Virus record (IMG/VR): IMGVR_UViG_3300034684_000282
Length of the DNA stretch: 60,583 nucleotides
Source of the DNA: an uncultured virus (IMG/VR IMGVR_UViG_3300034684_000282)
Lineage: Duplodnaviria; Heunggongvirae; Uroviricota; Caudoviricetes
Reading direction: 5' to 3' (one strand)
The stretch's first letter is position 1, and each line of letters starts with the position of its first letter. The notes beneath the pieces were generated by a model, which saw nothing but the letters and a program-made list of their open reading frames with translations, had not been told where the DNA came from and searched no databases. Shown one piece after another: positions 55,764-60,583 of this stretch. A program made the position numbers and the translations under genes.

Positions 55764-56159
55764 ATGTTTGACATTGTTCCAAAGAGCACCTTCTCAGACA
55801 CCTGGTCTCCGCTAAGTGTGTTTAGGGATCTAGACAGTGTTTTCAAAACTAGTTCTAGCATCCACTTTTCGGAGGAAGACGACTACACCGTAGTGGAGTG
55901 TGACTTACCCGGGATTGAGAAGGACCAAGTTAAGATCGTCTTCAACAGTGAGAAAGGTTACGTTACCGTAGAGGCAGAGAGTAAGAGTGAAAAGAACAAG
56001 AGAAAGTACCGCTATAGGTTTAACGTAGACCCCGACGACATTGACAGCTCCGTCGACCCGCAGCTTGAGCTAAAGAACGGAGTTTTGACTATTAAGTTCA
56101 GAAAGTCGGAGCGGCGGAAGAAGGAAGACGAGAAGGAGAGGGTGCTTCGGGTAGAGTAG
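55764..56159 (+). CDS. Hsp20/alpha-crystallin small heat shock protein
   Basis: DLPGIEKDQVKI...LKNGVLTI. Confidence 0.9.
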   Translation: MFDIVPKSTFSDTWSPLSVFRDLDSVFKTSSSIHFSEEDDYTVVECDLPGIEKDQVKIVFNSEKGYVTVEAESKSEKNKRKYRYRFNVDPDDIDSSVDPQLELKNGVLTIKFRKSERRKKEDEKERVLRVE

Positions 56160-56180
56160 AGAATCGAGCTGATTTACGTA

Positions 56181-56208
56181 GAGAGGGCGAAATTCGCCCT
56201 CTTTTTTT
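56181..56208 (+). terminator. intrinsic terminator
   Basis: GAGGGCGAA/TTCGCCCTC plus T7. Confidence 0.9.
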
Positions 56209-56238
56209 GTTTACAGACGGTGACTACTGTGGTATAAT
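56209..56238 (+). promoter_or_regulatory. early promoter
   Basis: GTTTACA...TGTGGTATAAT. Confidence 0.85.
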
Positions 56239-56282
56239 AGACACAGTAGGTACGAACTTTGTTAGAAAGGAGGTTTCATAGT

Positions 56283-56519
56283 GTGAAGCCAACTGTAAAG
56301 AGTGAGCAGATAAGCAAGGTGTTAAACGATCTTTACGACAGGGAAGAAAAGGTAACTAGCAACTTGTGCGTGTTTTGTGGGAAAAGAGTAACATCCGACT
56401 CTTTTAGAAATCTTGAGTCGCAGTTAGAGTACGCAACATCCGGACTTTGCCAGGTGTGTCAGGATGAATTTTTTGAACTGTTCGGTGAGTCTATCGGAAG
56501 CGTGCGGCAAAAGTTTTAA
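56283..56519 (+). CDS. small zinc-finger protein
   Basis: CVFCGK...FR...S..EY..SGLCQVCQDEFF; GTG after AGGAGG. Confidence 0.7.
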   Translation: MKPTVKSEQISKVLNDLYDREEKVTSNLCVFCGKRVTSDSFRNLESQLEYATSGLCQVCQDEFFELFGESIGSVRQKF

Positions 56520-56614
56520 ACACCGAGCGCTGAAAACTTATTAAACAAAAGTCAGCTATTGTTTAATAAGCTTAGTCTTATTAAACTTAATGAAATACGC
56601 GAGGGAGAGAAAGC

Positions 56615-56797
56615 ATGCTGAAGGTTCTATACTTGTCGGTTGGTTTCCTAATGCTGCTAGTACCGTACAGCAGGTTAATAGAGACTATTTTAAAATACAA
56701 GGGTAAGAGCACGGCTGTTAGTAAGATGTTTCTAATAAACTTGTGTCTAATGTTTTGGATCTTAGCAGCACTGCTACTTATTGAGAGGGGGAGCTGA
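56615..56797 (+). CDS. small two-TM membrane protein
   Basis: Two hydrophobic segments; RBS present. Confidence 0.6.
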   Translation: MLKVLYLSVGFLMLLVPYSRLIETILKYKGKSTAVSKMFLINLCLMFWILAALLLIERGS

Positions 56798-56804
56798 TTC
56801 TAAG

Positions 56805-57299
56805 GTGGCGAAAGTATACACGCTTGAAGAGAATTTAGAACTGCTAGACCGCGTGATAAGGGAGAGCGAGAGCGAGGAGTTTCTTAGACTAAAGGAGTTC
56901 AACGTTAGGTTTGCGATAATATACGTTTCAAACGTTTCAGATGACGGAGAGGTACTGCCGGCGTTTAAGACACTGCCGTACGTAGTTAAGATTAACTCAC
57001 CCAAAGACAAGTGTGTTAAGCACGTAGACGTTGAGATCTATATTGACGAGGCTTACTTCGCGGAAGCCAGCGATAGGGAGAAAGAGGCAGTTATCTTTGG
57101 AGCGCTAAACCAAATAGAGATTAAGTATAAGAATGACATGCCGGTGTTTCAAAACGACGGAACCGTTAAGCTGAGCCTTAAGCAGCCGGACATGGTGTTT
57201 GCTGGGTTTTCGGAGTGTGCTAAGAAGTACGGTGACGAGTCTCCAGAGCGTAAGACCTTTAGGCAACTCACCGCTGAGTTCGGTGACATTTTGTTTTAG
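56805..57299 (+). CDS. phage metallopeptidase-like protein, motif degenerate
   Basis: DVEIYID....ASDREKEAVIFGALNQI...KLSLKQPD..FAGF...KKYG. Confidence 0.5.
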   Translation: MAKVYTLEENLELLDRVIRESESEEFLRLKEFNVRFAIIYVSNVSDDGEVLPAFKTLPYVVKINSPKDKCVKHVDVEIYIDEAYFAEASDREKEAVIFGALNQIEIKYKNDMPVFQNDGTVKLSLKQPDMVFAGFSECAKKYGDESPERKTFRQLTAEFGDILF

Positions 57300-57313
57300 G
57301 GAGGAAAAATACA

Positions 57314-57535
57314 ATGGGTAAGAGGGGAAAGAGTTTAGAACCGGAAGAAGTTCACCGCATAACTATAGAGTTCTCCGCGGAGTGTAGTAGGAAGACTCTA
57401 GATAAGCTTTTGACGAGAGTTGGAAGGCTGCTGTGCTCTACGGGGGTCAGCAACGTCTACGTTAAGGACGACTACACGGTTGACTATGTTCTATTAGATG
57501 AAATTAACGGTGACAACAGTGTGGGAGAGGAGTGA
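57314..57535 (+). CDS. hypothetical protein
   Basis: GGAGG RBS. Confidence 0.6.
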   Translation: MGKRGKSLEPEEVHRITIEFSAECSRKTLDKLLTRVGRLLCSTGVSNVYVKDDYTVDYVLLDEINGDNSVGEE

Positions 57536-57554
57536 GAGTTCCGCCGTTTCGGCT

Positions 57555-57584
57555 GTGTACAGATTCGAAAATGTATGTTATAAT
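57555..57584 (+). promoter_or_regulatory. early promoter
   Basis: GTGTACA...TGTTATAAT. Confidence 0.75.
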
Positions 57585-57610
57585 ATCCCTAGAAAGGAAG
57601 GTGTAGTGAA

Positions 57611-57784
57611 GTGAGTCAAGTGAGTTCAAAGGTTAAAACCGTGGAGAGTGAGTTGGACGATTTTTACAGGGAGTATACTGCTTTAAAGGGTCAACTAGAG
57701 CAGCTGTACAGGGAGTTGGAGGAGCAGAAGGCTGGGGCGTCAAGCGAGGGTGAGCCGGCTAGCGGAGTGGTGTGCCTGAGGTAG
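57611..57784 (+). CDS. truncated paralog of the next gene
   Basis: SELDDFYREYTALKGQLEQL versus SELFNFYRKYTVLKSTLEQF. Confidence 0.55.
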   Translation: MSQVSSKVKTVESELDDFYREYTALKGQLEQLYRELEEQKAGASSEGEPASGVVCLR

Positions 57785-57824
57785 AGTACCTCTTATCTTA
57801 AAATATAAGTTAATACTATACTCT

Positions 57825-58121
57825 TTGAAAGGACGGTGTTGCGGAGTGGGCCACAGTTACTACAGGACAAAGGTTACTGACAGTGAGCTATTCAACTTTT
57901 ATAGAAAGTATACGGTGTTGAAGAGTACCTTAGAACAGTTTGAAGAGGAGTTGGAAGCGTACAAAGCTGAAGTGTTGGACGTGAAGGATCCGGTAAACGA
58001 CAGGTTGAGCTTAAAGCAAAACATTCTTAAGATAGCGTACATGCACCTTGCTGGTGCGTACGAGGAGTTGATCAACGCTAGAACTTACGACCCGGACTAC
58101 GTTGAGGGTGTTAGAGTGTAG
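57825..58121 (+). CDS. coiled-coil hypothetical protein
   Basis: ORF present; the true start is probably GTG at 57846. Confidence 0.6.
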   Translation: MKGRCCGVGHSYYRTKVTDSELFNFYRKYTVLKSTLEQFEEELEAYKAEVLDVKDPVNDRLSLKQNILKIAYMHLAGAYEELINARTYDPDYVEGVRV

Positions 58122-58276
58122 CAGTAATTAAAACAAAAGTAAAATTAAACTAGAGTAAAATTGTTTAGTCTGTTGTAGAGAATCATAGTTTCATGCACGA
58201 AGGGGTCGTGGCTGCATAGCGGACGCGACCCCTGTTTCAGCTCAAGAAATGATTTGAGTGAGGGAGGGGTGTTACG

Positions 58277-58774
58277 TTGTATACATGCATACCGTGTGTG
58301 TACGGAGCACCGGAGTATACGATTACAGTAGCTAAGTATGGACTTCAGGAGGGTATTACTGAAGAACACTACGTTTTAGTCTACCCAGTGTACTACGAAG
58401 ACTACACAGTCTATGCTACCAGTAGGTTTAAACTTATAGCTAAGGGTATCCGCTGGGTTAAGAGGTTTTTTAAGTACTTGCGTAAGATTTTAAAGAATGA
58501 TATATACTTAGTTTACGATGGTGGTCTAACTAAGGAAAACTTAGACACGCTGAGAGAAATTGACGGGGAGATCACCGGTACCATTGCTGAGGATATACAC
58601 CGCGATTTCTTCTACATAACTAACAAGCTTAAGGTTAACTCCTACGAAATTCCACTCTTTGTACTACTCAACTTTCTGTTTAACGGTTACATAGCTGGTA
58701 GCTACGTTAAGTACCTTAGCACTGCGGGGCGGTGTATACCTGAGTACAGCTACGTAACATATAAAATATTTTAG
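58277..58774 (+). CDS. hypothetical protein
   Basis: GGAGG RBS with a TTG start. Confidence 0.6.
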   Translation: MYTCIPCVYGAPEYTITVAKYGLQEGITEEHYVLVYPVYYEDYTVYATSRFKLIAKGIRWVKRFFKYLRKILKNDIYLVYDGGLTKENLDTLREIDGEITGTIAEDIHRDFFYITNKLKVNSYEIPLFVLLNFLFNGYIAGSYVKYLSTAGRCIPEYSYVTYKIF

Positions 58775-58819
58775 GGAAAAGTTAACTACTAATATACGAC
58801 ACACCGTCGGGGTGAAGAG

Positions 58820-59077
58820 ATGAAGATTTTTGGTTACAGCGTGTTTCTATACAGTAACAATGAGTGGGAGCAGCTAGAAGTACTTTGGAACAAGGAAGCT
58901 TACTATAACTGGCTTGAATTCACCATATTCCACCTTAGCTGGCGCTCTAAGAGGATTAAAAAGTTAGAAAATACTTCGGATTTAAATGCGAAGAATTATA
59001 AGTTTCCGAAAACACATGTTGAGGTTAACTTTGGTTTGCTAGGCTTAAACTTTATTCTCATAGTCGCTAAGTTGTAG
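58820..59077 (+). CDS. hypothetical protein
   Basis: Operon packing with the following genes. Confidence 0.55.
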   Translation: MKIFGYSVFLYSNNEWEQLEVLWNKEAYYNWLEFTIFHLSWRSKRIKKLENTSDLNAKNYKFPKTHVEVNFGLLGLNFILIVAKL

Positions 59078-59079
59078 CC

Positions 59080-59403
59080 GTGAAGGTAGTTACTAGCAGA
59101 TTACCCTACAGATTCGTTACTCTAACGTCGAACGACGGGAGTAGGTTTGTCTCACTCAGCTTATTTAACCCATTTTCACCGAACTGCTGTGTGCTAGACT
59201 TTTACTTCATGGTAGACAAGCTTATACCAGGGTTCGAGCTTAACCTTACGCTCCTTTTCTTTACAGTATTTTACAGGAGTAACAAGCCGGAAGCCCTAAG
59301 GATACTTGAAGAGTTAGACCGAGAGGTTGAGAGTGAGGAGTTTAATGCGTGTAAGATAGAGGAAGTATTAGACAAGTTAGAAAAGAGTAACAATAGCTAC
59401 TAA
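59080..59403 (+). CDS. hypothetical protein
   Basis: Operon packing with the preceding gene. Confidence 0.55.
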   Translation: MKVVTSRLPYRFVTLTSNDGSRFVSLSLFNPFSPNCCVLDFYFMVDKLIPGFELNLTLLFFTVFYRSNKPEALRILEELDREVESEEFNACKIEEVLDKLEKSNNSY

Positions 59404-59436
59404 CTGTGTCTAACAACAATTTTGGGGAGACAGCGT

Positions 59437-59730
59437 ATGGAAAACAGCCTAAACCAAGTTAGTAAAGTTCTTGAACTGATAGCTAGCAACGTAGACAGTA
59501 TACTGCACGAGGGTAACTTTAAGCGGGAGAATATCGAAAGGATAGAGCTAGGGCTTCTCCGGTACCGAAAGTACATGAACGAGCCTGAAAACTACGAGGG
59601 CAAAGTCCAAGCGGAGAGGGAGACGGCGGAGTGGCTCGGGGAAGCCTCGTACACTATCGAGCCGCTGTCCCTAGAAGAAGAGGAGCGCTTAGAGTACCTA
59701 TCGTCTGTTTACAGCTGCGGTGAACAGTGA
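59437..59730 (+). CDS. hypothetical protein
   Basis: ATG after a GGGGAG RBS. Confidence 0.6.
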   Translation: MENSLNQVSKVLELIASNVDSILHEGNFKRENIERIELGLLRYRKYMNEPENYEGKVQAERETAEWLGEASYTIEPLSLEEEERLEYLSSVYSCGEQ

Positions 59731-59736
59731 TATAAT
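59707..59736 (+). promoter_or_regulatory. early promoter upstream of DAHP synthase
   Basis: GTTTACA...GTGATATAAT with the same spacing as the other copies. Confidence 0.8.
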
Positions 59737-59775
59737 ATATTAACGTTGGACCAAAACAAGTAGGAAGTGTTAATC

Positions 59776-60583
59776 ATGAAGAGAGTGGTAGTGAGAGTAA
59801 GAAAAGATACTACAAAGCTTGAAACAGCCCAGCTGCTCCAGCTACTAGAAAGTGTAGGGTTAGAGGCCGGTGCTGTTAACTACCCGGGTGTGTGTTTAGT
59901 AATAGCGGAGGGAAAGGTAGACACGCCTGTCAGTTGGCTAAAAGGTCTAGCCGGGGTGGAAGAAGTTGTTGAGACTGAGTCACCCTTTCCGCTGGCTAGC
60001 CTTGAGATAAAGGCAGCGCCTACCGTAGTCTCAATCGCCCCTGGTGTGCGAGTCGGCGGTGGAGAGGTAGTCGTAATCGCGGGACCCTGCGCTGTAGAGA
60101 GTAGGGACCAGATTCTAACGACGGCTGAGTCGGTTAAGGCTTCGGGTGCTCACGCTTTGCGTGGTGGTATACACAAGCCAAGGACTAGCCCCTACTCGTT
60201 TCAGGGTCTCGGGAGCGAGGGTATATCGCTCCTGGAGGAAGTACGCTCCCTTACCGGACTCCCAATAGTCACGGAAGTTTTAACCGCTGAGGACATCGAT
60301 CGGCTGCTGCCCTACGTGGACGTTTTTCAGGTGGGGTCGAGGAACATGCAGAACTTTCCTCTCCTAAAGGCGCTGGGTCGAGTAGACAAGCCGGTCATAC
60401 TCAAGCGCGGCATGGTGGCCACCGTAGACGAGTGGCTCCAGGCAGCTGAGTACGTGTTGGCCGGTGGCAATTCTAACGTCATCTTATGCGAGCGCGGCAT
60501 ACGCTGTTTTGAAAAGCGCACCCGCAATGTTTTGGATCTCAGCGCGGTTCCTCTTATAAAGTCGCTGAGCCACCTCCCCATCG
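59776..60583 (+). CDS. aroF: DAHP synthase type I-beta with N-terminal regulatory domain (3' partial; absent from the ORF track)
   Basis: Manual translation gives IAGPCAVES, LRGGIHKPRTSPYSFQGLG, QVGSRNMQNF, PVILKRG, ILCERGIR, RNVLDLSAVP. Confidence 0.95.
   Translation, partial: MKRVVVRVRKDTTKLETAQLLQLLESVGLEAGAVNYPGVCLVIAEGKVDTPVSWLKGLAGVEEVVETESPFPLASLEIKAAPTVVSIAPGVRVGGGEVVVIAGPCAVESRDQILTTAESVKASGAHALRGGIHKPRTSPYSFQGLGSEGISLLEEVRSLTGLPIVTEVLTAEDIDRLLPYVDVFQVGSRNMQNFPLLKALGRVDKPVILKRGMVATVDEWLQAAEYVLAGGNSNVILCERGIRCFEKRTRNVLDLSAVPLIKSLSHLPI

Noticed and set aside
58202..58260. GGGGTCG/CGACCCC stem resembling a tRNA acceptor arm
   Set aside because: There is no T arm, anticodon arm or CCA; it is probably a leader or terminator hairpin.
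60327..60581. Minus-strand 84-aa ORF
   Set aside because: It is the antisense shadow of the DAHP synthase gene.

Overview
This window is part of a large lytic myovirus-type bacteriophage genome with T4-like organisation and the standard genetic code; no integrase is visible. Bases 1-23 kb hold the contractile-tail and baseplate module: tail chaperone, tape measure with a muramidase-like domain, gp53-, gp27-, gp5-, gp25- and gp6-like proteins, a DUF4815-like protein, a LamG protein and two fibres. Bases 23-28 kb hold a lysis region with an AT-rich island that duplicates the fibre tip, fibre chaperone and holin and supplies a GH108 endolysin. Next come a HIGH-nucleotidyltransferase/ligase-like fusion, a PAS-domain operon, RecA, a dimeric dUTPase-like gene and tRNA-Glu. 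Bases 36.8-44.7 kb are a tandem array of 12 paralogous loci (9 intact, 2 pseudogenes, 1 remnant) encoding 23-aa tryptophan-repeat proteins with constant caps and hypervariable positions; this is the best candidate for an undescribed system. The rest is an early/accessory region: KTSC protein, orphan ABC-type ATPase, RNA ligase 1, HD-Pnk, RlaP-like nucleotidyltransferase, pentapeptide-repeat protein, Hsp20, and a DAHP synthase running off the right end. Also notable are two TnpB-less IS200/IS605 right-end (omega-RNA-like) cassettes with promoter-like sequences, a likely programmed frameshift before the tape measure gene, and apparent ApT depletion with frequent GTG starts. All family calls come from motif recognition by eye, not from database searches.
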